60,691 nt of DNA, taken from an uncultured Gammaproteobacteria bacterium. GTDB lineage: Bacteria > Patescibacteriota > Microgenomatia > Levybacterales > UBA12049. The translations under genes and the position numbers were made by a program. Below are positions 26,093 through 35,824 of the stretch, in pieces. Under the pieces are notes generated by a model that did no database searches, was not told where the DNA came from, and saw only the letters and a list, made by a program, of their open reading frames with translations. Location of the stretch: positions 1 through 60,691 of the forward strand of contig CAZRWL010000004.1 in assembly GCA_964603935.1 (NCBI GenBank). Direction: 5' to 3'. Within the stretch, counting starts at the first letter, position 1, and every line of letters begins with the position of its first letter.

Positions 26093-27766
26093 ATACTTCT
26101 GGTCTTGGATTTTGAGTTTGGAAATATTATCCAAATCGTTTTCCAGAAGTTTTGACAGCTGCCTTCCGCCCGCCAAATGAGGCAAAACAACATAGTCCGC
26201 TTTTGCGCTGTATAATATTTTCGCGTCAACAGAATCCAAAGCAGTTACGATTGCAATCGCCCGGCTTTTGTTAAATTTCAACTCTTCTAACAAAAGCAGA
26301 TTGTCTTCAACATCGGGAATTGTTGAGATAACAAGACTGGCCTCATGAATTCTGGCAATACTTTTAATTTCATTATCTGAAATATCTCCAAAAAGCCGAT
26401 GGATATTTTTATTGGCTATTCTCTTTATTATCGCAGGGTCAAAATCTATAACAACGATTTCCTTTTCCTTATCCAGAGACTCCAAAACGGATTCCCCCAT
26501 TTGATCTGCGCCAATTAAGACAATGTGATCTTTGAGATTTTCCATATTCTTTTCCGACTGAACAATTTCATCTTTTTTCCCATTCTTTCTTTCAAAAATA
26601 CTTAAATAATTATGCAGCAAAAGATACAGCCTATTGTCGTTTCCAATCACATACGCAGAAACTATGAATGCAATTATGGAAACAGCTGTTATCAGAGACA
26701 AAACATTGTTATCAATATGTCCTAATTTTCCTCCTAAGAAAACCAGAATCAAGGAAAATTCCGATATTTGCCCGAGATTTACTCCGCTTAGAAATGACGT
26801 CCGTTTCCTAAAACCCGTCAATCCCATCGCAATTATTACTATTAAAGGCTTGCCGGCAAGCGCTATCAAGGAAAAAATTATTACAGCAAATGCTATTGAT
26901 CCTGAGATATTCAAGGCCATTTTGATCCCAAGAATTACAAAGAAAATAATGATAAAAAAATCTCTGAGTATTTTCGCTTTGGCAATTATCTGATAATTTG
27001 CGATTGAATTGGCTAAGGCCAAACCTGCCAAAAATCCGCCTATTTCCACTGAAAAACCAACTATTGGAGAACTCACTAAAGCTGCTAATCCAAAAACCCA
27101 GGCAATGCTTACCAAAAATAAAATTTCCGAAGACTTGGATAAAGATGCGACAATCTTGGGAAACACTTTTTGGCTCAAATATCCAATCGCGCCAAAGACA
27201 ATTACTCCCTTTATTAAAATCTGCGAAAGAGTAATTAACGGATTAGAGGCCGCTTGAGAAGAAAAACTTGATAAAAAGATTAGGACAGCTATGGCTAGAA
27301 AATCCTGCAGAATCAGTACGCTAACCGCAATTTTCCCATAAAGACTGTGCAGGTTTTTCTTGTCCGAAAGAAATTTTACAACAATAATTGTGCTGGAAAA
27401 AGTTAAGGCAATTCCTATGTACGCTGCGCTAACAGCGTTAAAACCCAAAATAACTGCAGCCAAGTAAGACAAGAGAAAGGTAAATATGGTTTGCGTAAAA
27501 AAGATTATGAAAACTATTTTTCCCACAGAGCGGAAATCGCGGACTTTCATTTCGAGCCCTAACATAAAAAGCAAAAATGTTACACCCACATTTCCCAATG
27601 CCTGAAGTAAATCTCGGTTTTGAATATTGAGAAATCCCACTGGGCCAACAATGATTCCCGTTAGTATGTACGCCAAAATTATCGGCTGCCTAAACCATTT
27701 AAAAATTACTGCGAGAAATGCCGCAAGGCAAAGGATCAAAGTTATTTCCCAAAAAATATTTTCCAC
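26087..27766 (-). CDS. CPA2 cation:proton antiporter with TrkA-N/RCK domain
   Basis: LILQD, LRDFF, QISEFS, C-terminal HIVLIG..ADYVVLP. Confidence 0.92.
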   Translation of the reverse strand: MENIFWEITLILCLAAFLAVIFKWFRQPIILAYILTGIIVGPVGFLNIQNRDLLQALGNVGVTFLLFMLGLEMKVRDFRSVGKIVFIIFFTQTIFTFLLSYLAAVILGFNAVSAAYIGIALTFSSTIIVVKFLSDKKNLHSLYGKIAVSVLILQDFLAIAVLIFLSSFSSQAASNPLITLSQILIKGVIVFGAIGYLSQKVFPKIVASLSKSSEILFLVSIAWVFGLAALVSSPIVGFSVEIGGFLAGLALANSIANYQIIAKAKILRDFFIIIFFVILGIKMALNISGSIAFAVIIFSLIALAGKPLIVIIAMGLTGFRKRTSFLSGVNLGQISEFSLILVFLGGKLGHIDNNVLSLITAVSIIAFIVSAYVIGNDNRLYLLLHNYLSIFERKNGKKDEIVQSEKNMENLKDHIVLIGADQMGESVLESLDKEKEIVVIDFDPAIIKRIANKNIHRLFGDISDNEIKSIARIHEASLVISTIPDVEDNLLLLEELKFNKSRAIAIVTALDSVDAKILYSAKADYVVLPHLAGGRQLSKLLENDLDNISKLKIQDQKYL

Positions 27767-27786
27767 TAAAATTATTGTACCAAATT

Positions 27787-28740
27787 TTAATCTAGGCGGA
27801 CGATTTCTTCTTCAAGGAGAATATGGTATTTATCTTTTATCGCTTGTTTTGCAACGCTAATAAGCACTTTTACATCTTCCGCAGTGGCACTATCAACATT
27901 CAGAATAAAATTAGGATGCTTTTCAGATATCATTGCTCCCCCTGCTCTTTTTCCTTTCAAATCGCATAGCGCTAATAATTTCGTAGTTGGGACAACGGGA
28001 AAAGGATCGGTTTTGACAAAAGACGCAAATTCTCTCTGCAAATCCCTGGAGAGTGAATCTAAGGGAATATTCTTGAAAGTGCTGCCAATGTTTGGATAAT
28101 TCATCGGGTGGCGGTTATTCCGATAATCCATTTTCTGTTGAATTTTCTCCCTTATTTCATTTTTGTCTCCCGGTGCTAATTCCAAAATTACATGGGTAAT
28201 AAATTCATTCTCTCCCTCACCCGATTTAAATACGCTGTTGCGATAACCGAATTGACACTCTGTATTATTTCTTATTCTTTCTTCCAAGCTGTTAATAGCT
28301 AAGCTGCTAACCGCCGCAACAGAGTCCTTTATCTCACCCCCAAAAGCCCCCGCGTTCCCCCGAACAGCGCCGCCCAAAGTTCCGGGAAGCCCTCCGGCCC
28401 ATTCCAAGCCGGTTAGTGAATTTTCAATGCAATAATCCAAAAGATCTTTTATCAAAACTCCCGAACCGACTGTTAAATTATTCTTTGCTCTCTCTATTCC
28501 CCGTATTTTATTATAAATTACCAATCCATCAAATCCCTCATCGCTTATCAAAACATTCGTCCCCCGGCCTAAAATAAATATCTTCTCGTTGTCATTCTGA
28601 ACACCCTTCGGGTACTTTGCTTGTTTCAGGATCTCCCTTAACTCCCTTATCGACTCTATTTCAATAAAAAACTTAGCAGAACCGCCAATTCTAAAATTAC
28701 TGTAGTTTTTCAGAGGAACCCGGCTTTTGATTTTAGACAT
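27787..28740 (-). CDS. murB: UDP-N-acetylenolpyruvoylglucosamine reductase
   Basis: FRIGG, GRGTNVL, GLPGTLGGAVRGNAGA, FGYRNS, GSTFKN, HPNF. Confidence 0.96.
   Translation of the reverse strand: MSKIKSRVPLKNYSNFRIGGSAKFFIEIESIRELREILKQAKYPKGVQNDNEKIFILGRGTNVLISDEGFDGLVIYNKIRGIERAKNNLTVGSGVLIKDLLDYCIENSLTGLEWAGGLPGTLGGAVRGNAGAFGGEIKDSVAAVSSLAINSLEERIRNNTECQFGYRNSVFKSGEGENEFITHVILELAPGDKNEIREKIQQKMDYRNNRHPMNYPNIGSTFKNIPLDSLSRDLQREFASFVKTDPFPVVPTTKLLALCDLKGKRAGGAMISEKHPNFILNVDSATAEDVKVLISVAKQAIKDKYHILLEEEIVRLD
28590..28635. repeat. 46-bp expanded family A element, in frame within murB
   Basis: Encodes [15 protein letters not shown]; near-identical to 37936-37981 and 48345-48390. Confidence 0.92.
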
Positions 28741-28744
28741 GTTA

Positions 28745-29851
28745 TTATTGGTTAGGGGCGGCAACCAAGGTTGCTTTTACAATCAATGTCTTACTGCTTC
28801 TCCATAGAGATACTGAAATAACATCGCCGATTTTCCTCCTTGTTACAATAGCCGCAACCGTATTTTCATCTGCGCCGACTTTCTCGCCATCTATGTTTGT
28901 GATGATGTCTCCGCTTACTATTCCTGCTTTTTCTGCAGGAGAATCTGTCATTACGGTCTGCACATAAGCGCCTTGAGGAATATCGTTAAGAGCAGCGATG
29001 TCCCGCTTGAGCATTTTATACGCGATACCTAAATAAGGCCTGTTGAATTGACCGCTTTTATTGAAGTTGCTGAGGCTATCCTTGATAATATTTATCGGAA
29101 GCGCAAATCCAATATTCTCCGCCCCCGAAGCAATCGCAGTATTAACTCCTATTACCTGACCCGAGGAATTGACCAGCGGTCCCCCTGAATTACCGGGATT
29201 TATAGCAGCATCTGTTTGTATAACATCATCAATTTTCTCCGCAAATCCTTCGAATGCAGATCCCGCTGTTATTCCGCGCCCTATTCCGCTTACTATTCCT
29301 TTCGTAACACTGCCTCTAAATTCTCCTAAAGGAGTGCCGACAGCAACCACTAACTGCCCTACTTTTACCGTTGACGAATCTCCCATCTCAACGGGCTTCA
29401 ATCCCGAAGCATCGATTTTCACAATAGCGATATCGTTTACCGGATCTCTATAGACACTTTTCACGTCGTACTTCTTCCCGTCATGAGTTATTACTTTATA
29501 TTTTCCGGGCGCATCGACCACATGTTTGTTTGTTACTATTAATCCGTCTCCCGAAACAACAAATCCCGACCCAATATCTTGTTCCTGCTTTGCAGCCTGC
29601 GGACCGGAGAAAATATCAAAAGGATCAAAATTAATAATTCGCTGTTCTATACCAACTGTTACAACAGATGGGGAAATTTTTTCAACCACGCTTACAACTA
29701 CCGATTCTTCCGAAACTATTTTAACTTTCTCTGAAGATTTTGCAGATTCTTTCCCGCCAATTCCGATTAAGCTTGGCAAATAGGAAGATGCCGTGTTCCA
29801 GACACCCAAAATAATTAAAAGAATTACAACGATCAAAATTAACTTCCTCAT
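28745..29851 (-). CDS. htrA: HtrA/DegP-family serine protease with PDZ domain
   Basis: GSGF, TNKHVV, DIA, QTDAAINPGNSGGPL. Confidence 0.95.
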   Translation of the reverse strand: MRKLILIVVILLIILGVWNTASSYLPSLIGIGGKESAKSSEKVKIVSEESVVVSVVEKISPSVVTVGIEQRIINFDPFDIFSGPQAAKQEQDIGSGFVVSGDGLIVTNKHVVDAPGKYKVITHDGKKYDVKSVYRDPVNDIAIVKIDASGLKPVEMGDSSTVKVGQLVVAVGTPLGEFRGSVTKGIVSGIGRGITAGSAFEGFAEKIDDVIQTDAAINPGNSGGPLVNSSGQVIGVNTAIASGAENIGFALPINIIKDSLSNFNKSGQFNRPYLGIAYKMLKRDIAALNDIPQGAYVQTVMTDSPAEKAGIVSGDIITNIDGEKVGADENTVAAIVTRRKIGDVISVSLWRSSKTLIVKATLVAAPNQ

Positions 29852-29857
29852 ACATTG

Positions 29858-31144
29858 TTATTTTACCAATTCCAAGACCGCTTTTTCAAGTTGGGAGTCG
29901 TGAGCAGGATCTTTTTCATCCAATTTAACCTCTATGTCCGGCTTTAATCCGCTGCCATGAACCCACGCGCCGTTTGGAGTCAGCCATTTTGCAACAGTCA
30001 CATGCAGGCCCGCTCCGTTTCCCAAATCATCTGCCTGCTGAATAGTGCCTTTACCAAAAGACGTCTCCCCAATCAGAATTGCCCTGTTTTTGCCATTTAC
30101 CTTATTATCCCTTAATGCGCCGGATACTATTTCACTTGCCGAAGCGCTCCCCCTGTTTATCAAAACGACAAGAGGGATTTCGTACAGAAGTCCTCTGCGC
30201 GTAACCGAAAGAGTTGCTTGCTCCCCTTGGGCATTCTCCTGCAGAACAACAGGGGTTCCTTGTTTTAGAAACTCCGATGAAATGTAAACTGCGTCAGTCA
30301 GATATCCGCCGGGATTATTGCGAAGATCAACTATTAATCCCTTGATGGTTTTGTCCGCTTGCATCTTAAGATTAATGTCGTTAATAATAGAAGTCCAATC
30401 TTTATTTGTCGAGTCCCCAAACTGAGAAAGCCTGACATACGCAATTTTATCATCCTCTTCCCCTTTGGTACTTTTGATACCTTTGATATTTTCAATTTCC
30501 TTTATTTTCTTGACCCATCCCGTAACACTTTTCACTGTTATCGTATCTCTTATTATTTTTACATCAAGAGGTTTTTCGGAATTTTTATGCAGGATCGACA
30601 AGGTAACGCTTGTGCCCTTTGGTCCTCTGATTTTTTCTACAGCTGCAGGCAATGTCCAATCCAAAGTTGATTCACCGTTTACTTTTAGTATGAAATCTCC
30701 TGCTTTTATCCCTGCTTTTTCTGCCGGACTTCCGGCCAGAGGAGCTATGACAATAATTTGCTTATCCTTTGTTCCCAATTCTGCCCCAATTCCGGAGAAT
30801 TGTCCGGCAAGTCCGTCTTTAAAATTTGTATTCCGTACCGGAGGAAGATATACCGTGTAAGGATCTCCAAGGCTTGAAGTCAACCCTTCAATCGCGCCAT
30901 TCAACATTTTCATCGGATCCAGTTTGGTTTTATCGTAATAATCTGATTCGAGCTTACTCCAAACATTCCAAAAAAGAGAAAAATCAATACTGTTTTTTGT
31001 TGCCGGAGCCTCCTTGTTTATAACTGCTAGAGATGGTTGGTAATTCTTCCAGGAGACTTTAACATTGCTAATGCCAAGATAATAACCTATAAGAGCTGAG
31101 ATTATTAGCAATACAAGAAATTGTAGTGATTTTATTTTCTTCAT
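29858..31144 (-). CDS. ctpA: S41 carboxy-terminal processing protease
   Basis: DPYT, GIGA, DLRNNPGG, SASASEI, SFGKG. Confidence 0.95.
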   Translation of the reverse strand: MKKIKSLQFLVLLIISALIGYYLGISNVKVSWKNYQPSLAVINKEAPATKNSIDFSLFWNVWSKLESDYYDKTKLDPMKMLNGAIEGLTSSLGDPYTVYLPPVRNTNFKDGLAGQFSGIGAELGTKDKQIIVIAPLAGSPAEKAGIKAGDFILKVNGESTLDWTLPAAVEKIRGPKGTSVTLSILHKNSEKPLDVKIIRDTITVKSVTGWVKKIKEIENIKGIKSTKGEEDDKIAYVRLSQFGDSTNKDWTSIINDINLKMQADKTIKGLIVDLRNNPGGYLTDAVYISSEFLKQGTPVVLQENAQGEQATLSVTRRGLLYEIPLVVLINRGSASASEIVSGALRDNKVNGKNRAILIGETSFGKGTIQQADDLGNGAGLHVTVAKWLTPNGAWVHGSGLKPDIEVKLDEKDPAHDSQLEKAVLELVK

Positions 31145-31170
31145 AAGGACAGCTTACGCTGAAAAGAAGG

Positions 31171-31401
31171 TCAGGGCATTAGAGCTAAGTGTCTTGAATA
31201 TTTTATGTTAAAACCAACTCTTTTTTGGTGTTTCAGGCACAATCCGTTCCGTGAAGCGGGAATAATCTTTCCTCTTTCTGTTAAAAATTTAGAAAGCGTT
31301 CCCATCTCCCAAAAAGAAGGCTCTTTTTTACCCTCACAGAAAAAACAAACCTTCGGGGCTGTAAACTTTCTTCTTGGCTTCCTGGCAATTTTCTTATTCA
31401 T
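31171..31401 (-). CDS. rpsR: 30S ribosomal protein S18
   Basis: CFFC, FLTERGKIIP, CLKHQ, RHLALMP. Confidence 0.93.
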   Translation of the reverse strand: MNKKIARKPRRKFTAPKVCFFCEGKKEPSFWEMGTLSKFLTERGKIIPASRNGLCLKHQKRVGFNIKYSRHLALMP

Positions 31402-31449
31402 AATTGAATCCTTAATCTTCACCATTAACCATGAACTATTAACTATCAA

Positions 31450-31989
31450 CTAGAAAGGTATATCGTCCGGCGTTACCTCTTCGCTTAATGCTTCCTTAAC
31501 TGTTTCGTCTTTCTTTTTTTCTTTTGCTGAAACTTTTTCGGCTTCTTTCTTTGGCTCCTCTGCCGCTTTTGCATCCTGTGTTTTCTTTGAAACATCTTCA
31601 GCCGGTACCACATCTTCTGGTGCTGTTGGCGCAGTTCCCGCCCCCGCTGTTCCCCTATTGCTATCCAGCAAAATCATGTCTGAAATTACAATTTCCGTTC
31701 TATTTCGCTGGGCGCCATCTTGCCCTGTCCAAGTTCTGGTTGCCAGCCTTCCCTCAACAAAAACTTTTCTGCCTTTTACCAAAAACTGGCTGCATAATTC
31801 GGCTAATTTATTCCACGCGACTATATTATGAAACTCCGCTTCGTCATGCTTCTCGCCGCTATCTGTTTTCCAGCTTCTGTTGGTTGCCAGACCGAAAGAA
31901 CATACAGCTGTGCCGTTGGGCGTATACCGCAATTCAGGATCCCTTGTTAAATTTCCAATCAATTGTACCCGATTCAAAGATCTCGCCAT
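31450..31989 (-). CDS. ssb: Single-stranded DNA-binding protein
   Basis: SLNRVQLIGNLTRDPELRYT; DDIPF tail. Confidence 0.98.
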   Translation of the reverse strand: MARSLNRVQLIGNLTRDPELRYTPNGTAVCSFGLATNRSWKTDSGEKHDEAEFHNIVAWNKLAELCSQFLVKGRKVFVEGRLATRTWTGQDGAQRNRTEIVISDMILLDSNRGTAGAGTAPTAPEDVVPAEDVSKKTQDAKAAEEPKKEAEKVSAKEKKKDETVKEALSEEVTPDDIPF

Positions 31990-32002
31990 AATACTTTTTG
32001 AG

Positions 32003-32067
32003 TGTCATCCCGAACTCGTTTCGGGATCTCGGCTCAAACGAGATGCTGAAACAAGTTCAGCATGACA
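32003..32067. repeat. Inverted pair of family A elements
   Basis: 32003-32030 and 32040-32067, between rpsF and ssb. Confidence 0.9.
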
Positions 32068-32073
32068 ATAAGC

Positions 32074-32346
32074 CTATCTTCTCAATAACAAGTGTCTTAA
32101 AATATTGTCATTCTCCAATAGTTTCTTCTCAAAATCCGCCGGAATATTTTCCCCTTCCAAAATAAAATCAAAATAAAATCCGTTATTTTCCTTTTTAATT
32201 TTGTAAGCTAATGGTCTAAGTCCGGCTTCGTTTTCCTTAACAATTTTTAAATCTTTCAACAGCGTTTTTACTCCTGTAATCAATTTCTTCCTCAAAACAT
32301 CTGTTAAGGATGGCTTTATAACCAGTATTAATTCGTACGATCTCAT
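32074..32346 (-). CDS. rpsF: 30S ribosomal protein S6
   Basis: MRSYEL, G.RPLAYKIKK, ILRHLL; rpsF-ssb-rpsR synteny. Confidence 0.93.
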   Translation of the reverse strand: MRSYELILVIKPSLTDVLRKKLITGVKTLLKDLKIVKENEAGLRPLAYKIKKENNGFYFDFILEGENIPADFEKKLLENDNILRHLLLRR

Positions 32347-32430
32347 TAAGCCTAATCCTATCATATTGAAAATTACAAAACAAGCCCTTATTCTGCCGAT
32401 ACGGAATCGTTATAGATATAAATCTAAGGC

Positions 32431-32949
32431 TTACTGCCCTTTTTCTCCAACAAGCATTCTGCCTCTTGTTTTCAGAAAAAGGAATGACTTGCATTCTTCG
32501 GTACCAATATTGAAAATGTCCTCTTTTTCGTAAAGAGAATGCAGAGCTGTTTTCAACACGCTATTAAAATCTTTAACGAAAGCAGACCGCATTTGAGCCG
32601 AATCTTTAATTCCCTTATTGAACTGGCTTTGGCTGATTGCTCTCCCGTCTATGTGAATTGAGATAATATTGCTCTGTGGACTTTTGTTTATCACAAATTC
32701 CTGATGCGCATCCATTCCCCCTCTATTCTTATTGTTATTTTTAACGCTGTCCGTCATGGGAGTGAGTATAAGCTGACCTTTAAAATTCATCCATTTCAAA
32801 AATGCTTCTATTGCCCGGCTGTTGAACTGCAAAGATTCCTCAAAATTTGCTCCCTCTCCTTTATAGTTATTAACAAATTCTCCCCCATTGGCTTGAGGCA
32901 ATCTTTCTCTTACCTCTTTTCGTCCGAAAGGAAATTTCAATGTTTCCAT
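32431..32949 (-). CDS. Hypothetical protein
   Basis: About 172-aa ORF, divergent from the 33070 gene. Confidence 0.55.
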   Translation of the reverse strand: METLKFPFGRKEVRERLPQANGGEFVNNYKGEGANFEESLQFNSRAIEAFLKWMNFKGQLILTPMTDSVKNNNKNRGGMDAHQEFVINKSPQSNIISIHIDGRAISQSQFNKGIKDSAQMRSAFVKDFNSVLKTALHSLYEKEDIFNIGTEECKSFLFLKTRGRMLVGEKGQ

Positions 32950-33069
32950 ATGCAAAATAGATTAAACGCATTATACATCAACTTTAATGGCGTGGCGCAA
33001 CATGGTTCGCAGTATTTGCTTAAATTAACTCTTTGGCGTATATTTGGTGTATATAATAAAGCTAATCTT

Positions 33070-35040
33070 ATGGCTATCGCTATAGAAAAAGAGGTAAGAC
33101 CCGACAGCCGACCTCCTACATCGCTTAATCTCTTGCACTTCCGTACGCCTGCTCTTGACGGCACCCGGATAAATAACTTCAGAGAAAATTTAGATACCGC
33201 AGCTGCGTTTGAAACTCAATGTCAGAGAACAGGATCATTTTTAATAAAACTTTCTTCAGAAGCAAAAAAAAGACACGACAGGATAACAAATTCCGAACAG
33301 GAGCTTTTGAAGGTCATTCCGGCCTTAGTCAGCTCTCAACAGTTTGCAGACGTATACTTAAGAATGCGTGAAGCTTTTCAGCAAATGGATTTCCAAGATT
33401 TTATCGCCGCCTTCAAAAAATCTCTAGAACTAACGCTTAGCGTCTCTGAACTTTTTGGATGGAAAGGCGCAGACAAAGATTCCAAAAAATTGTTTTTGGG
33501 AAGAACTCCAAGCAGTAGAATAAATAATCAGGCAAGCGTTCTTGTTCGGAAATATCTGGAAAATACGCCGGATGGATTCACGCAAGGACCATCGGAATGG
33601 AAAAATTTCCTAGGACATCCCGACAACTTTATAAGCGGGATACCATCATCCAAAGTAAAATCTGTAACTCAAAAAGGCAGCATAAGAGCAGTTACGCGGT
33701 TTATTATGTCAACGGGTATTCCTGATTGGTTTTCATACGATATGAAAGACGAACCGGATAAAGCTAAGATTCAGGAAGAAATGGAAGATGATAGACAGGC
33801 ACAGGAAAATATTGAAAAACAACTTGAAGCATCAAATCAACAAAAACTTCTGAATATAAACGCTACAGTTAAAAGGGCTAATGAAACCATACAGTGGGCA
33901 AATAGCAAAAACAAAGAATTATTTGATAATTTGAATATGGCTAAACTGCTTCTTTTCCTTCATTTTATAGACAGTTCTCAAAATCAAATCAGAGAAAGCC
34001 TAAATACAATTAGAAAAGCCTTTACCGATCAGCAAGAATATTTACCTGAAAATACAGACAGGCAGGTTGAAAATACAGTTAAAAAATATTCCGAATCAGA
34101 AGCTATTTTACGGGATCCGGAAAATTACGCTCTTTTTTTAGAAGAAAAGTTCATGGACGCAGGAATAAACCCCTCCTTAGCTCTTATTGATGACGCATTT
34201 ATAAACTTCATCCGTATGATAACCGTATCTGATAAAAATCACATCAAAAAATCTTTGTCTAAAAAATCTGCCAACGCAATTAATTATGGGATAAAACCGC
34301 TAATGGACATTTTAAATCCGGAAGATATTGACATGACAGATTTTGCCAAAGATTACGCCGGACAAAGTGTGGAATATTTCATTTGGGAATTATCAGATTT
34401 GATTGCTGCAAAATTTCAATCTCAATCGGGAGTAGATTGGGATAACCACTCTATAAAAAGCGCGCTGATAGAAGTCAGGGAATTCTCGGCTGCATTTTTA
34501 AGGAAAAACTGGCAATGGGCGTATGATAATTTAAAACTGGAATTGACAGAAATAGACAAAGGAAGATCAATAATTTCAACAATGCCTCAAAATACAACAA
34601 TGTCCCCTGACAGTAGAAATAATCAAAATCAAAACGGTAAGCCATCAGCAGAAAGTATTAATAATGCTATATTTGAATCGCAAGAAGGGAATTTATCAGA
34701 TTGGAAACTATACTATTCCGATAATAGATCTACTGACATAAAACATCTTACGGAAATAGGCGGAAATACCCTTGAAGAAAAGGAAAAAACATTAGAGGTT
34801 TTTCTTGCAAGAAGCCAAATACCCGTCTCTATCAAATCTTCCAGCATCATCAATACATTTGATTGGCTGGTTACAGTCCCCAAAGATGTAGAAGAAGTAA
34901 GAATGAAGAAAAATGTAAATGGGGAAATTTTTAAAAAAATAAAAAGAGGGCCAGTCAGAATATTTTACGTGATGGACGAAGCAAGAAAACAAATTATCTT
35001 TTTTCTGCACCAAAAACAGGCAATGGGCTACGGATTTTAA
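33070..35040 (+). CDS. 656-aa orphan with C-terminal RelE/ParE-like domain
   Basis: TATAAT at 33052 supports the MAIAIEKE start; C-terminal FKKIKRGPVRIFYVMD resembles the RelE beta-sheet. Confidence 0.72.
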   Translation: MAIAIEKEVRPDSRPPTSLNLLHFRTPALDGTRINNFRENLDTAAAFETQCQRTGSFLIKLSSEAKKRHDRITNSEQELLKVIPALVSSQQFADVYLRMREAFQQMDFQDFIAAFKKSLELTLSVSELFGWKGADKDSKKLFLGRTPSSRINNQASVLVRKYLENTPDGFTQGPSEWKNFLGHPDNFISGIPSSKVKSVTQKGSIRAVTRFIMSTGIPDWFSYDMKDEPDKAKIQEEMEDDRQAQENIEKQLEASNQQKLLNINATVKRANETIQWANSKNKELFDNLNMAKLLLFLHFIDSSQNQIRESLNTIRKAFTDQQEYLPENTDRQVENTVKKYSESEAILRDPENYALFLEEKFMDAGINPSLALIDDAFINFIRMITVSDKNHIKKSLSKKSANAINYGIKPLMDILNPEDIDMTDFAKDYAGQSVEYFIWELSDLIAAKFQSQSGVDWDNHSIKSALIEVREFSAAFLRKNWQWAYDNLKLELTEIDKGRSIISTMPQNTTMSPDSRNNQNQNGKPSAESINNAIFESQEGNLSDWKLYYSDNRSTDIKHLTEIGGNTLEEKEKTLEVFLARSQIPVSIKSSSIINTFDWLVTVPKDVEEVRMKKNVNGEIFKKIKRGPVRIFYVMDEARKQIIFFLHQKQAMGYGF

Positions 35041-35824
35041 ATTTTAAGTATCCTGTCCTTAGTCTATCCGGAAATTTTTCGATGGCGTAGCGCAGCATGG
35101 TTCGCGGCATTTGTTTGTAATGTTTGTTCAGGAATCCAATTTCGGTTTTCAAATCTTTCTTCCCTACTTCTCTTAACATCCACCCAACTGCTTTATGGAT
35201 TAAATCATGCTTATCATTTAATAAAATTTCCGCAATTTTCAAAGTCGCGCCAAATTTATTATTTTTTATGAAATAATAAGTCGCTACAATCGCAATTCTT
35301 CTCTCCCATAAATTTTCCGATTTTGCAAGCTTGATTAGAATCGGAGGGGTGGCAGAAGAGGAAGGGCTCCCGACAGCGCGCACGTGAGCGCTAGTCGAAC
35401 GAGCACTGGCGGGAGGGAAACTTCTGACAGGACCCCGACCTAAAATATAAGCGCCTACAATTTTGTCCGCAGACAAATCCACCAAATCCCAATTATTTAC
35501 ACATTTTGCATTTTTTAAGTAAAAATCGAAAATGTTTTTCTTTTCCTCTTCCGATCCGACATCAAACCTGTTAACTAAAATCAAAAGCGCGATTAGCCTT
35601 TCTTCATGAATTTTGGATTTAAGAAGCTTTAAAATATCTGCAAAACTTAAACTTCTAAATTTAATGGCAATCTTCCGGGACTGCGGAACTGTTAAGCCAA
35701 TAAACACATCCCCTTCCCCATATTCCCCTTTCCCTGTCTTAAAAAACCTCTGCGAAACCTCCGCCCTCTCCTCATCCGCAAGTCCACTCAGTTCTTTTTT
35801 TAACTCAATAATTGCATTTCTCAT
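34994..35824 (-). CDS. DNA alkylation repair protein (AlkD-like) with a 32-codon repeat insertion
   Basis: FFKTGKGEYGEGD, NNWDLVD, WERR, IHKAVGWMLRE, RYAIE. Confidence 0.92.
   Translation of the reverse strand: MRNAIIELKKELSGLADEERAEVSQRFFKTGKGEYGEGDVFIGLTVPQSRKIAIKFRSLSFADILKLLKSKIHEERLIALLILVNRFDVGSEEEKKNIFDFYLKNAKCVNNWDLVDLSADKIVGAYILGRGPVRSFPPASARSTSAHVRAVGSPSSSATPPILIKLAKSENLWERRIAIVATYYFIKNNKFGATLKIAEILLNDKHDLIHKAVGWMLREVGKKDLKTEIGFLNKHYKQMPRTMLRYAIEKFPDRLRTGYLKFKIRSPLPVFGAEKR
35345..35440. repeat. Family B element (96 bp), in frame in the alkD-like gene
   Basis: Ends AGGGGTGGCARAAGAGGA...CAGGACCCCGACC are shared with 48886-48975. Confidence 0.85.

Noticed and set aside
31880-32065. 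ORFs ending CHPELVSGS...DAETSSA (and SLRGALATKQS at 40470)
   Set aside because: These are translations of the palindromic repeats, not genes.
32704-33069. 122-aa N-terminal extension of the 778-aa ORF in the track
   Set aside because: Overlaps the opposite-strand gene, reads like antisense sequence, and a TATAAT at 33052 supports the start at 33070.
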